Assembly (NCBI GenBank): GCA_963695335.1
Contig: OY968764.1
Coordinates: 480,001 to 544,000 of the forward strand
Source of the DNA: an uncultured bacterium
Lineage (GTDB): Bacteria; Babelota; Babeliae; Babelales; Vermiphilaceae
Reading direction: 5' to 3'
DNA length: 64,000 nucleotides
Part shown: positions 50,372 through 60,679 of the stretch, in pieces
Numbering within the stretch: the first letter of the stretch is position 1
Layout: each line of letters starts with the position of its first letter
Position numbers and translations under genes: made by a program
The notes under the pieces: model-generated
What the model was told of the DNA's origin: nothing
Seen by the model: only the letters and a program-made list of their open reading frames with translations
Database searches by the model: none

Positions 50372-51303
50372 ATATCGCAATGATAGGGCTTGGTAGAATG
50401 GGTGAATCTCTTGCGTATCGTGCAACACAAGCAGGATTTACCGTATTTGGTTTTGATGTGAGTGCTGATAGTTGCGCAGTTGCAGCACAAGATGGTGTGC
50501 AGATTGTTGCAAGCATTACTGATTTTAAAGATAAAGATATTCATGTTTTTTGGCTTATGGTGCCGCAAGGAGAACTTGTTGATAAAGTGATTGCTCAATT
50601 GCGTTCTATTCTTGCATCAGGTGACATTATTATTGATGGCGGCAATAGCAAATTCAGTGATTCTATGCGCCGTGCACAAGAGCTTGCATTGCAAGATGTT
50701 TATTTTATAGATTGTGGAACATCGGGTGGAATTCATGGGCGTGAACATGGATTTTGTTTGATGGTTGGTGGTGACAAAAAAGCATACGAGACTATTGAAC
50801 CTCTTTGTAAAGCTGTTGCAGCGCCAGGTGGATATGCATATGTTGGCCCTTCTGGAGCAGGGCACTATGTTAAGATGGTACATAACGGCATTGAGTATGG
50901 ACTGTTGCAAGCGTATGCTGAAGGATTTCATGTACTCAAAAGTGGGCAATTTAAAGATGTTTCTTTAGATTTAGAAAAAATCGCAACATTGTGGAGCCAT
51001 GGTTCGGTAATTCGTTCTTGGATTTTAGAACTTGTTGAAGACATTATGAAAGAAGATCCAAGTTTAAATGATATTAAAGGTAATGTTGCTTCTACTGGAA
51101 TGGGCAAGTGGACTGTTGAAGAGGCTCATGCAACACATATTCCCGTATCAGTTATTGAAGAATCATTACGCGTACGTGAATGGTCAGAAAAAACTGGCGG
51201 TAATTATGCAACGAAAATTGTTGCTATGTTACGTAACAAATTTGGTGGGCATGCGGTTACCTCATCTTCAGTTCCTTCCGATGGGGGCTCCAAATTGGAG
51301 TAA
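50368..51303 (+). CDS. gnd: 6-phosphogluconate dehydrogenase, decarboxylating (short-chain type)
   Basis: GLGRMG, IDGGNS, DCGTSGG, GAGHYVKMVHNGIEYG and LRNKFGGH motifs. Confidence 0.95.
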   Translation: MNIAMIGLGRMGESLAYRATQAGFTVFGFDVSADSCAVAAQDGVQIVASITDFKDKDIHVFWLMVPQGELVDKVIAQLRSILASGDIIIDGGNSKFSDSMRRAQELALQDVYFIDCGTSGGIHGREHGFCLMVGGDKKAYETIEPLCKAVAAPGGYAYVGPSGAGHYVKMVHNGIEYGLLQAYAEGFHVLKSGQFKDVSLDLEKIATLWSHGSVIRSWILELVEDIMKEDPSLNDIKGNVASTGMGKWTVEEAHATHIPVSVIEESLRVREWSEKTGGNYATKIVAMLRNKFGGHAVTSSSVPSDGGSKLE

Positions 51304-51320
51304 GATAAGTTTGATTATTA

Positions 51321-51463
51321 CCCCGCTCGTCCTGAGTGTTTTACGTAGTGAAACGTAGTAAAATGTATCGAAGGATGCGATATAAGAAAGATTTAGATTA
51401 TTATTTTTTTCGCATACCCTTCGATACATTTTTGCTTTCGCAAAAACACTCAGGGCGAGCGGG
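51321..51463. repeat. REP-like inverted repeat pair with expanded apical loops
   Basis: CCCGCTCGTCCTGAGTG...TATCGAAGG paired with CCTTCGATAC...CACTCAGGGCGAGCGGG. Confidence 0.85.
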
Positions 51464-51498
51464 AAGAGGCAATAATTGTAAAAATAAAAAGGAAAATA

Positions 51499-52128
51499 AT
51501 GAACGTAATTGATATTAGTTGGCCAATCAGCAAAGCAACAACCGGATACAAAGATAGATCAATTGTTGGTATTGATGAAATAAAAAATTTTAATCGTGAT
51601 GGTGCACGTGAAACAGCGTTGCACGTGAGTTCTCACACGGGCACGCATGTTGATGCACCGTCACATTTTTTAAGAGATGGTAAAACAATTGATGAAATGC
51701 ACTTAGACCGTTTAATTGGTGATTGTGTTGTTCTTGATATGACAACATGCGCAGAACGCATTACGCGTGATTGTCTGATTGCGCATGATAATGATATTGT
51801 TGAAGGTGGCATTGTATTGTTTCGTACATCAAACAGTGATTTGAATCCAACGGATAAGTTCAGCCCGCACTTTGTGTATCTTGAAGCAAGTGGGGCAATT
51901 TATTTAGCTGAAAAAAAAGTAAAAGCTGTTGGCATTGATTATCTTGGTATTGAGCATAGTCAACCTGGTCATCCAACGCATGAAAATTTGATGCATGCAG
52001 ATGTAGCCATTATTGAAGGGTTACGTTTGGGGCATGTTGCTGCTGGTAAATATCTGTTTGTATGTTTGCCGCTGAATGTGATTGGCACCGAAGCTGCGCC
52101 TGCGCGTGCAATTCTTATGGCTAAGTAA
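51499..52128 (+). CDS. Cyclase family / kynurenine formamidase-like protein
   Basis: HTGTHVDAPSH, VGIDY, IIEGL and PL...G.EAAPARA motifs. Confidence 0.9.
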   Translation: MNVIDISWPISKATTGYKDRSIVGIDEIKNFNRDGARETALHVSSHTGTHVDAPSHFLRDGKTIDEMHLDRLIGDCVVLDMTTCAERITRDCLIAHDNDIVEGGIVLFRTSNSDLNPTDKFSPHFVYLEASGAIYLAEKKVKAVGIDYLGIEHSQPGHPTHENLMHADVAIIEGLRLGHVAAGKYLFVCLPLNVIGTEAAPARAILMAK

Positions 52129-52148
52129 TAGATGTATAAAAAAAGCCT

Positions 52149-53021
52149 CTAAAATCTAGAGGCTCTTTTTTTCCGTGATAATTTTTCTTTTTGTTTCATA
52201 AGTGCGTACATAGTTATCATTTCTTCACAATGTTTTTTGTGATTGATAATTTTTTTGTGACCGAAAACGCATCTATTTTGTATTCCAATACGAGCATTAT
52301 GAATATTTATTGATGCAGCGTGTATATCTGCTTCTCTTTCCTGTATTGAGGTTAATTCAGGTTTATGGGATCGGTCATACGATGAATTACATAATGATAC
52401 CATACTTTGTATAGAAGAATGTTCTAATAAAATATGCTGTAATTCATGATGATATGTAAAATTTTGCGAATCATTTGAATGTTTGGATAACTCATTATAG
52501 ATTCTTATTCTTGGTTTTACAACGCAATGATCATAAAAATAGGATCCACTTTTTGCACTAGCGAGTAACCCAGACTGTTCTGAAGATGTTATATATTCTA
52601 AATCTATATTGTTTGGATGGATCTGCATTTCTGACATGGCGTCTGTTAGCTGTTGATACATAGATGAAGGGATATTGGGATCATGATTTTTATGAGAATA
52701 AGAGTTTTTACGTAACTCTTGTTTGACGAAAGCTCTTTTTTTATCAATTTCTTGCTGTAAAGAGTCGTATGGTTTATTTGTAAGAGACGCGAGTTCTGTG
52801 AGTCCCTCTTTATAGACATTATTTTTTAAGACATTTATTTCACGGTCTACAGAAGTTATTGTGGTTAACTGTTTAATTCTTGCACTTTCCTTATCTTCTT
52901 GTGATTTGTTTACGTTTTTAACAGCTGGCTTAAGTAGAGAGGTAAGCATAGCCATGTTTGATGAGAAAACAAAAAAGAAAGGTATGATAAGAGCGTTTAA
53001 ATAATATTTATTTTGAGTCAT
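52149..53021 (-). CDS. Secreted HExxH zinc-metalloprotease-like protein
   Basis: HHELQH...H and EREAD; signal peptide. Confidence 0.7.
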   Translation of the reverse strand: MTQNKYYLNALIIPFFFVFSSNMAMLTSLLKPAVKNVNKSQEDKESARIKQLTTITSVDREINVLKNNVYKEGLTELASLTNKPYDSLQQEIDKKRAFVKQELRKNSYSHKNHDPNIPSSMYQQLTDAMSEMQIHPNNIDLEYITSSEQSGLLASAKSGSYFYDHCVVKPRIRIYNELSKHSNDSQNFTYHHELQHILLEHSSIQSMVSLCNSSYDRSHKPELTSIQEREADIHAASINIHNARIGIQNRCVFGHKKIINHKKHCEEMITMYALMKQKEKLSRKKRASRF

Positions 53022-53095
53022 TTGAAATTTCTCCAGATACAATAATTCTATGTTTTTAGCCTATCATATCTATATAAAATGTCAAATAGAAATCT

Positions 53096-53638
53096 TTAGC
53101 CCCAAGTTTGCTTACTCTGCAGCAATTCTACAATCTGTTCACCAAATTGCTGCGCGCCAGATGGGTCAGTTGCGGTGATAACATTAGATTCCACAACTAC
53201 TTTTTCTTCTGGAAGGTAAACAACGCCATTTTCTGCGAATATAGCATTCAATAAACCATCATCATTCCATCCGGTTGCATATTTGTCCCTCAGTACACCA
53301 GATTTGGCGAGTATGCGGGTTGCAATGCAAATTGCCCCAATTGGTTTGTGTTGCAGCGCAGCTTCCTGCAGAATTTTATAACTGGTGTTGTTATCCAGAT
53401 GTTCGAGCGTTCCAGGTCCACCAATAAAAAAGATTCCTTGATAGTCATTCACTCTTATCTGACTGAGGGTGATATCAACGTGAACTTTTGATCCATCTTT
53501 TGCAATTGCTTTATCAGATACATCACTTGCGGTAACAACGGTAAAACCAGCATCGGTGAGCATTTTTTTTGTTACGCCATATTCAATCTGTTGAAACCCT
53601 TTTGATGCAATGACAAGTAATACAGTTATTTCATTCAT
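53096..53638 (-). CDS. DJ-1/PfpI family protein
   Basis: GFQ.IE, FIGGPG, GAICIA and VITA..P; AAGGA RBS before ATG 53638. Confidence 0.9.
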   Translation of the reverse strand: MNEITVLLVIASKGFQQIEYGVTKKMLTDAGFTVVTASDVSDKAIAKDGSKVHVDITLSQIRVNDYQGIFFIGGPGTLEHLDNNTSYKILQEAALQHKPIGAICIATRILAKSGVLRDKYATGWNDDGLLNAIFAENGVVYLPEEKVVVESNVITATDPSGAQQFGEQIVELLQSKQTWG

Positions 53639-53654
53639 GAATATTTCCTTTTTT

Positions 53655-54614
53655 TTATGATGAAAATGTTTGAGCATCAATGATTCCATTAACGCATAAA
53701 GTTTTATATGTCGCATCATAATAAGATACAGGTTTATTTGGTGATGGTTCAATAGAAAGTCTGCATGTTGGGTCATTACTGAGTTGTTTTTTGTATGAAA
53801 TAGATTTGATAGTGCCATTATTGGCAAGTATTGTTTTTTTGAGCATAACATATGATCGCCATGCAAAGGGTGGAATTCTTCCTTGCCATGCAGGGATATA
53901 CAGATTTTTAATATACATTTTTGTTGCAAGAAATTGAATGGCATCAAGAATGCGTTTATTAAATTTGCATATTACCAAATGATCAATCTGCATGGATCCT
54001 GTTTGTTTTATAATTTCAGGCATTAATGTGTAAGAGATGAAGGCTTCATAATTAGGGCGTGATGATATATAACCAGGATCAATCATAGTAAGTGTATTGT
54101 GATGATTAATGAGCGTAACATTCCCTTTGTTGCATGCAATAGTTGTTATTGGATTGTGTGAGTAAGGAAATAGTTTAAGTGCACCGCATGTGATAACAAT
54201 GAGTAATGCAAGTGATACGGTACGAGTTTTAAGCGTACTGATTTTTTTACTATGCACAATAGCCAATGCAATCAAAGGAAGGGATAAGAGAATTATCACT
54301 GGAGGTTTGCAAAAACCAATTAACCATGCACGCTGTTCCAGATTAAGACACGCAAGCCATATTGTTGTGATATGCTCTAAGCACCAAATAAAGAATGTGT
54401 TGGGTATATATAAAAGTTCTAAGAAAAAAATAAGTGATGATACTAATAAAAAACAGGTTAAAAATGGACCAAAAAGTAATGTGCTGATGGGGGTTAATAA
54501 AGAGATAGGTAATCCCCAACCGATTAAAAAAGGCAGAGAAATGAATGATATAAATAGTTGGAGTTGAATACTTTTAAGGAATGATTGGTACCATTGTGCG
54601 ATTTTTTTCATCAT
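53655..54614 (-). CDS. Membrane protein, possibly ComEC-related
   Basis: LP.L...G..ISL....STLL..P transmembrane pattern followed by IDPG...IDHLVI metallo-beta-lactamase-like remnant. Confidence 0.55.
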   Translation of the reverse strand: MMKKIAQWYQSFLKSIQLQLFISFISLPFLIGWGLPISLLTPISTLLFGPFLTCFLLVSSLIFFLELLYIPNTFFIWCLEHITTIWLACLNLEQRAWLIGFCKPPVIILLSLPLIALAIVHSKKISTLKTRTVSLALLIVITCGALKLFPYSHNPITTIACNKGNVTLINHHNTLTMIDPGYISSRPNYEAFISYTLMPEIIKQTGSMQIDHLVICKFNKRILDAIQFLATKMYIKNLYIPAWQGRIPPFAWRSYVMLKKTILANNGTIKSISYKKQLSNDPTCRLSIEPSPNKPVSYYDATYKTLCVNGIIDAQTFSS

Positions 54615-54710
54615 AATTATTGACTAGTATATCATATATTGATTTTAAAAACAGGAGTGCATTAGTATGACAATAAGATGAATAAAATTGTATAAAAAAA
54701 AGGGGGCATT

Positions 54711-54929
54711 ATGAAACTTTTTCATAATAATGGACATGATCATTCTGAGCAAAATAATGAGCGCCATTGGTCAAAAAAAATGAGACAATATTGGCGTAGG
54801 TTGTATAGATCAGATAAATGCACCAGTATGTCTCATGGCAGTTATGATATTATAAGATGTATGTCATGGGCACGAGGTGAAAATTGGCGTCGTACTCATC
54901 CAAAAAGTTTGAATAAGCATCATAAATAG
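54711..54929 (+). CDS. Small basic hypothetical protein
   Basis: AAGGGGG RBS; 72-aa ORF filling an intergenic gap. Confidence 0.45.
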   Translation: MKLFHNNGHDHSEQNNERHWSKKMRQYWRRLYRSDKCTSMSHGSYDIIRCMSWARGENWRRTHPKSLNKHHK

Positions 54930-55017
54930 TAGTATCAATATTAACTTGATGTTTTAAAGCTGCCCTATAAGCTGTTAAATATTGAGCAATTGATATGTAA
55001 TGGTAGAAGGATATCTT

Positions 55018-55329
55018 ATGAAACATCATTTTTTTTGTTTATTATTGATTTCTTCTTTTTTTATCTACGCTATGCAACCTGAAAAGCATACTGTAACGAA
55101 AAGTCAGGTTGTATATAGTTTCGTTAATTTTAATAATCATATGAGGCAGTATTATCCGCATGCATTTGATACAAAAAAGTTCGGGTGGTTCATAGATGAC
55201 ATCAGGGCAATGAAAATGCATGAATTTGAAAATAATAAGGAAGAGTTACTGAATAAGTTACTATTTTTAAACAGTTGTGTTGATCAAAATACATATATTT
55301 TTGATATGAAGAAGTGTTTTAATTTTTAA
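55018..55329 (+). CDS. Small secreted hypothetical protein
   Basis: Signal peptide ending IYA then Met. Confidence 0.6.
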   Translation: MKHHFFCLLLISSFFIYAMQPEKHTVTKSQVVYSFVNFNNHMRQYYPHAFDTKKFGWFIDDIRAMKMHEFENNKEELLNKLLFLNSCVDQNTYIFDMKKCFNF

Positions 55330-55341
55330 TAAAAGTAAGCA

Positions 55342-57213
55342 ATGAAGCAATTACAGAGTCTTATCGAATTTATAGAATATAAAGCGTACTTGTTGCGTTG
55401 TTGGTCAGTAAAGTTACCTGCACAAGCAGGGTCAGGTCATACAACATCGTGTTTATCCGCAGCAGACATTGTTGCGGTACTTTTTTTTTATGCCATGCGT
55501 TATGATCCTTACAATTATAATAATCCTGATAATGATCGTTTTATTTTATCAAAAGGTCACGCAGCACCTTTGTTATATGCAGCGTGGTGTGAATTAGGTT
55601 TAGTTTCTGATAAAGAAATGCTTTCTTACAGAAAATTTGGTTCATCGTTAGAAGGGCACCCAACACGGCGCTTTAAATACGCAGAAACAGCAACAGGTTC
55701 ATTAGGAATTGGATTATCTGTTGGTGTGGGTGAGGCGCTCTGCGCTAAACTTGATAAACGTGATTTTCGTACCTATGTTTTGATGGGTGATAGTGAATCA
55801 TCAGAAGGTAGTGTGTGGGAAGCTGTGCAACTAGCAGAGCATTATAAACTTGATAATTTGATTGCATTTGTTGATGTTAATAATCTTGGTCAGAGCACGG
55901 AAACAATGCTTGATTATAAGATTAAACAATATGTTGAACGTTTTTCTGCATTTGGTTGGCATGTTTTTAGTGTTGACGGTCACAATGTACAAAGTTTAAT
56001 GGAAGTTATTGATCAAGCGCATACTGTTGTTGGCAAACCAGTGATGATTATTGCAAAAACGGTTAAAGGGTATGGCATTGATTTTGCTGCAGGATTGCAA
56101 GGGTTTCATGGTAAAGCGTTTACGCAAGATAAAGAAAAACAAGCTCTTGATGATTTAAAGAAAAATTTCCCGCAAGCTGCACACTATAACAATAATTATG
56201 ATTGGCAACCAAAACATCCACAACCAGACGCATTGGCATACAGCGGTGCTACAACAATTGTGATTATGGAAAAACCTGAATATAAAAAAGGTGAGATGAT
56301 TGCAACGCGCAAAGCATACGGCACAGCGCTTGCATTGCTTGGTGATATTTGTGACGCTGTGGTGAGCCTTGATGCAGAAGTGAAAAATTCAACGTATGCA
56401 GAAATTTTTGAAGCTGTGCATCCTGAAAGATTTTTCCAATGCTTTATTGCTGAACAAAATATGGTAGGAATGGGAGTCGGTTTTGATTGTCGTGGTAGAA
56501 TTCCATTTATTTCTACGTTCAGTTCATTTTTTTCCCGTGCACATGATCAAATCAGAATGGCTGCAATTGGTAATGCAGCTTTGCGTTTGGTTGGTTCACA
56601 TTGTGGAGTATCAATTGGGCAAGATGGGCCATCGCAAATGGGATTAGAAGATATTGCGATTATGCGTTGTTTGCCTGAATCTGTTGTGTTATATCCGTGC
56701 GATGCAGTCAGTACACATAAACTTGTTGAACAAATGGCTCGCTACAGTGGCGGCATCAGTTATTTGCGTACAACGCGCATGGAAACTCCTGTGTTATATG
56801 ATAACGATGAACAGTTTCCCATTGGTGGTTGCAAAGTGCTGCGTAAATCTGACAAAGATGTTGCATGTATTGTAGGGGCTGGAGTGACACTGCATGAAGC
56901 CCTTAAGGCGTATGATTTTTTAGTTAAACAAAACATTTTTGTCTCCGTCATTGATCTGTATTCAATTAAGCCGCTCGATGCGGCTACGCTTCTTTCTGTT
57001 GCGCATCAATCTGGTAATATTATTATTACGGTGGAAGATCATTATCCTGAAGGTGGTATTGGTGAGGCCGTGATGAGTGCATTATGCAATGAAAATATTA
57101 CAATTCATGCTCTTGCGGTATATCATTTACCCCGCTCGGGTTCGCCTGCGGAGTTGTTGGCTTTTGAAAATATTGATGCAGCTGCGATTGTTAAGACTGT
57201 ACAAAGAATATAA
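55342..57213 (+). CDS. tkt: Transketolase
   Basis: SGH, DRFILSKGHA, TGSLG.G, GDSE..EG..WEA, IAEQNM and GQDGPSQM motifs. Confidence 0.95.
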   Translation: MKQLQSLIEFIEYKAYLLRCWSVKLPAQAGSGHTTSCLSAADIVAVLFFYAMRYDPYNYNNPDNDRFILSKGHAAPLLYAAWCELGLVSDKEMLSYRKFGSSLEGHPTRRFKYAETATGSLGIGLSVGVGEALCAKLDKRDFRTYVLMGDSESSEGSVWEAVQLAEHYKLDNLIAFVDVNNLGQSTETMLDYKIKQYVERFSAFGWHVFSVDGHNVQSLMEVIDQAHTVVGKPVMIIAKTVKGYGIDFAAGLQGFHGKAFTQDKEKQALDDLKKNFPQAAHYNNNYDWQPKHPQPDALAYSGATTIVIMEKPEYKKGEMIATRKAYGTALALLGDICDAVVSLDAEVKNSTYAEIFEAVHPERFFQCFIAEQNMVGMGVGFDCRGRIPFISTFSSFFSRAHDQIRMAAIGNAALRLVGSHCGVSIGQDGPSQMGLEDIAIMRCLPESVVLYPCDAVSTHKLVEQMARYSGGISYLRTTRMETPVLYDNDEQFPIGGCKVLRKSDKDVACIVGAGVTLHEALKAYDFLVKQNIFVSVIDLYSIKPLDAATLLSVAHQSGNIIITVEDHYPEGGIGEAVMSALCNENITIHALAVYHLPRSGSPAELLAFENIDAAAIVKTVQRI

Positions 57214-57236
57214 ATAGGAACGTGTGGGGTAAAAGT

Positions 57237-57392
57237 ATGTGTGATGTTGTTATAGATTCAATTAACGAACATCTTTATACAGTAAAAATTCCCAATAAAA
57301 AAACATTAAAAGCTATTGCGAATATTGAGGCTGGCAAAGATTTAGTTAAGACAGAAGGCATAGAAGACCTTTTGAAAAAACTTGGTCTTTAA
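57237..57392 (+). CDS. Orphan 51-aa DinJ/RelB-like antitoxin C-terminal fragment
   Basis: Hand-read: ...KIPNKKTLKAIANIEAGKDLVKTEGIEDLLKKLGL*; no toxin gene follows. Confidence 0.6.
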   Translation: MCDVVIDSINEHLYTVKIPNKKTLKAIANIEAGKDLVKTEGIEDLLKKLGL

Positions 57393-57434
57393 TATGTTAG
57401 TGCCTATTTATGAGAAACGTTTTTTGAAAGAAGT

Positions 57435-58391
57435 TCAAAGTTTGTTTTTTAACTTATGTAGCTCATCGATTTCTACTAATTGTGCATAATGTTTTAAAAA
57501 GAGATGATTTGGATAATAGCTTGTATTCCGTTTATTTCTCATTATTGCTGCCCATGCAGCATCTTTGTGTAGAATTTCCGCTTGTCTTTCATGAATAGTG
57601 TCTAACTTTTTAAAATATTTGCTATGTATAATATCTTCCTTCTGTGCTGCGGTAAGATATTTTATTTCCATAGCTAAGATATTGTAACTCTCATGGTGTT
57701 GTGAAGCAAGATGCGCCAGCTCATGTCCAAATGTAGCAAGTTGTTCGTTATAAGACATTTCGCAAAATTGAGGATAAAGAGTTATGGCGGGATGATGAAC
57801 AATATCATTTTTGTTTATGATTAATGTATCGTTTTCACATTGGTAATTTACCGCTAATCCTGATGCAGCAGCAACATGACCGTGAGGGCTTGGAGAATGG
57901 GATAATTTTAATTCCACTGCTGTGGGATGAATGTTCATCTGTTTGCAAAGAGCTACAATTTCCGTTGATGTTGATTCTAAAGTATCACATTGTTTTTCAT
58001 GAGGTTGCGATAAATATTGTTTTTGAAAGTCTCTATATTGGCTGATGATTGAATTAATTATGTGTTGATCTTTATCGGTAATATTGAAATCTTTGTAAAT
58101 TGCATTAACAGTGTTTATTTCATCACGTTTTATATTTTCTGTAATCTGATTAAGGCGACAATCAATTTTATTTAAAACTATCTTTTTTTTGCCGGTAAGT
58201 TGAGTAAGTTTTGCGATAGTATGTGATATCAATTGTGCCGTTTTATTAACTGCGTATACACCAGCATTGTAAATTGCTGGTTTTTCAATTGATTTGTATA
58301 GTTTTTCCTGAGCTGTATCAGCTATGTTGCATGCTGAAGAAAATACAAGAGTGAGAGAGATAAAAGTCTGTATTGTAATAATTTTTTTCAT
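57435..58391 (-). CDS. Secreted HExxH metalloprotease-like protein (tandem paralog)
   Basis: GHELAH...H, HERQAE and YYPNHL..HY.QL. Confidence 0.78.
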   Translation of the reverse strand: MKKIITIQTFISLTLVFSSACNIADTAQEKLYKSIEKPAIYNAGVYAVNKTAQLISHTIAKLTQLTGKKKIVLNKIDCRLNQITENIKRDEINTVNAIYKDFNITDKDQHIINSIISQYRDFQKQYLSQPHEKQCDTLESTSTEIVALCKQMNIHPTAVELKLSHSPSPHGHVAAASGLAVNYQCENDTLIINKNDIVHHPAITLYPQFCEMSYNEQLATFGHELAHLASQHHESYNILAMEIKYLTAAQKEDIIHSKYFKKLDTIHERQAEILHKDAAWAAIMRNKRNTSYYPNHLFLKHYAQLVEIDELHKLKNKL

Positions 58392-58401
58392 GTGGTACCC
58401 A

Positions 58402-59478
58402 TTATTCTTTATTGCTCAAGAGCACGTCTTTATTAGTATTCGGACGTACTTGAGAAACTGCTGGTTTTTTGACGAATAAATGCGGCAGCGGTTGTTGCCA
58501 AAATTTTGATATTTTGATTTGAGGCATTGCTGTAGGACGAGGATTTTGTTTAGCCTGCTCCAAATAGGCAATCATTTTATGTGTTTCGTCAATTTCGCTT
58601 AATTGCAAGTAATGTTCACCATATAACATATTTGGATAATATTCATTAGATCGACTTGCCCTCATTATTGAAGCGCACTCTGCATCTCTGAGAGATGGAA
58701 AAACTTCTGCTTGACGTTCATGGGTTTGGCGAAGTTGCTGATAACTTTGTGATTTAGTAAGAGTGTTGTTTTTTGTATTTATAAAGGATGATATAACATT
58801 TTGGGTTATGCTATGACCATTTATTATATGTTCAGCTTCATGGATTGTAATAGCTTTTATTTGAGGATCATTGATGCTTTTTGGATGAAATGTAATTTGA
58901 GCTGGTTTTATTATTCGAAAGAAGGTTTTTCCTGAAAATGTTGTTGTATTCATTGAAACACTTTCACCTGAGGCTACAGCATTATATGGAAAATCATTGC
59001 TTTGGACTATATTTATGCTTTCAATGGTCATGCCATTTTGTGCCAATTGTTTTTTAATTATATCAATAGGTTCTGCAAGTTGAGGATCGTGAATTACATT
59101 CGTGTTTGGTTGACGTAAGAAATTTGTGTGAGCGTAATGATATTCTTTTAGTTTGTTGTTGGCTTCTTTTATCTGTTCATCATTAAGACCATTTTTTTTA
59201 AAAATCGTATTAATTTGATTTTGTTCTGTTTCGCGAAGATTTTGTTCCATTTTTTTGAGTTTGTTTTGATGCGCTTGTATAAATTTATCCGGGTGTGTTG
59301 ATTGGATTGGTTTTTGTATTACTTGTTTTACACCAAGTGCTATATCAATTGTTTTTGTGGTGAAGGGATAAGATATTGCATCTTTAATATGTTGCATCAA
59401 TGATGGTGGTTCCATGGTATGGAGGGCAAAAGGAAGAATGAGAGTAAAAATCGCTGGAAATATGATTGTTTTTTTCAT
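58402..59478 (-). CDS. Secreted HExxH metalloprotease-like protein (tandem paralog)
   Basis: IHEAEH...H, HERQAE and YYPNML..HY.QL. Confidence 0.78.
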   Translation of the reverse strand: MKKTIIFPAIFTLILPFALHTMEPPSLMQHIKDAISYPFTTKTIDIALGVKQVIQKPIQSTHPDKFIQAHQNKLKKMEQNLRETEQNQINTIFKKNGLNDEQIKEANNKLKEYHYAHTNFLRQPNTNVIHDPQLAEPIDIIKKQLAQNGMTIESINIVQSNDFPYNAVASGESVSMNTTTFSGKTFFRIIKPAQITFHPKSINDPQIKAITIHEAEHIINGHSITQNVISSFINTKNNTLTKSQSYQQLRQTHERQAEVFPSLRDAECASIMRASRSNEYYPNMLYGEHYLQLSEIDETHKMIAYLEQAKQNPRPTAMPQIKISKFWQQPLPHLFVKKPAVSQVRPNTNKDVLLSNKE

Positions 59479-59614
59479 TTTTATACCTTTTTATTATAAA
59501 TTCTGTGAGTAATTACAGTCTATTGAATGTTATCATAATGATACACTATATATTACAGGTTGTAAAAAGGTATGGTGATGTGACGATCTGGACGTGATTT
59601 TGTCTTATTTGGTC

Positions 59615-60628
59615 TTATAGGGGGTAAAAATTGCTATTTTCAAGCCATCCGCGAACTTTCCAGAGCATATTAATATAGGCCAAATGGTAGAAATGCTCTT
59701 CATAAAGATGATCAGGATAATACATTCTTGCACGTTTTGTTTTTAAACATTGAGCTATCTTTGGATCTTTGATGGCGGCGAGTATTTCTGCTTGCGCTTC
59801 ATGAATTTGTGCAAGTGTATGATATTCAGGGGTTTGTTTGAACTCGCTGTTTTTAATATTGTAATAATGACTCAGATATGCACTCAGAATAGATGTTGTT
59901 AAAGTATGGTTTTGAATGACGTGTTCTATTTCATGTGCACAGGTACTCATAATATTAATTTGAGATGTTTCAGTGAGCATGCAGGGGAATATTTCAATTT
60001 TTGCAGGTTTATGAGTGTATGAAATAAAATTTTGTTCTGATTGATTTGAAGTGAAAATTGTTATTCCGCTGACTGCTTGCGCTATGGTCATTGGATTTTC
60101 ATCAATTATCTTTTGGTCGGTTACCATCTTTATATGAATACTGTGTGGATTAATTCCATTGTGTTGCAACAGAGTAATGAGTGTTTCAAGAATATGAGCA
60201 GGAACATTTTGATCATGAATTACATCTGGATTTTTTTTGGTTAAATGTTTTGTGTAAATGGTTTTCATGCGATGCACGTCAGCTATATATTTTTGCCATA
60301 TTTCATTACTGACGTTGTATTTTGCTTTGATTGCAAGAAGTGCTTTTTGTTCTACTGCAAGAAGTTCTGTTCCAAATGCTTCAAGCTGTTTTTGAATTGA
60401 ATCGATTTTGTCAGCTTTATTATTGGTATTGGTATAACAAAGATCTAAAATGCCAAGTTTTTGGATGTATTCATCAATATATGCACAATTTTTAATGTAA
60501 TCTACCCCAGTGCCCGTGTTGAATTTCATAAGGCATGGAGGCATTTGTATTGGGGATAATCTGCAGGTTTGCAGCGCAAAAAGCAAGGCGATTGCCCTGA
60601 ATAAGATATGTATATTATTGTTTTTCAT
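59615..60628 (-). CDS. Secreted HExxH metalloprotease-like protein (tandem paralog)
   Basis: AHEIEH...H, HEAQAE and YYPDHL..HF. Confidence 0.78.
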   Translation of the reverse strand: MKNNNIHILFRAIALLFALQTCRLSPIQMPPCLMKFNTGTGVDYIKNCAYIDEYIQKLGILDLCYTNTNNKADKIDSIQKQLEAFGTELLAVEQKALLAIKAKYNVSNEIWQKYIADVHRMKTIYTKHLTKKNPDVIHDQNVPAHILETLITLLQHNGINPHSIHIKMVTDQKIIDENPMTIAQAVSGITIFTSNQSEQNFISYTHKPAKIEIFPCMLTETSQINIMSTCAHEIEHVIQNHTLTTSILSAYLSHYYNIKNSEFKQTPEYHTLAQIHEAQAEILAAIKDPKIAQCLKTKRARMYYPDHLYEEHFYHLAYINMLWKVRGWLENSNFYPL

Positions 60629-60679
60629 ATATATAAGCATACCAAATATATACAATTTGTCGATTTGCGCATTGGATGG

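Noticed and set aside
48977..57213. zwf-gnd-tkt cluster as a novel pathway
   Set aside because: Ordinary pentose phosphate genes with canonical motifs.
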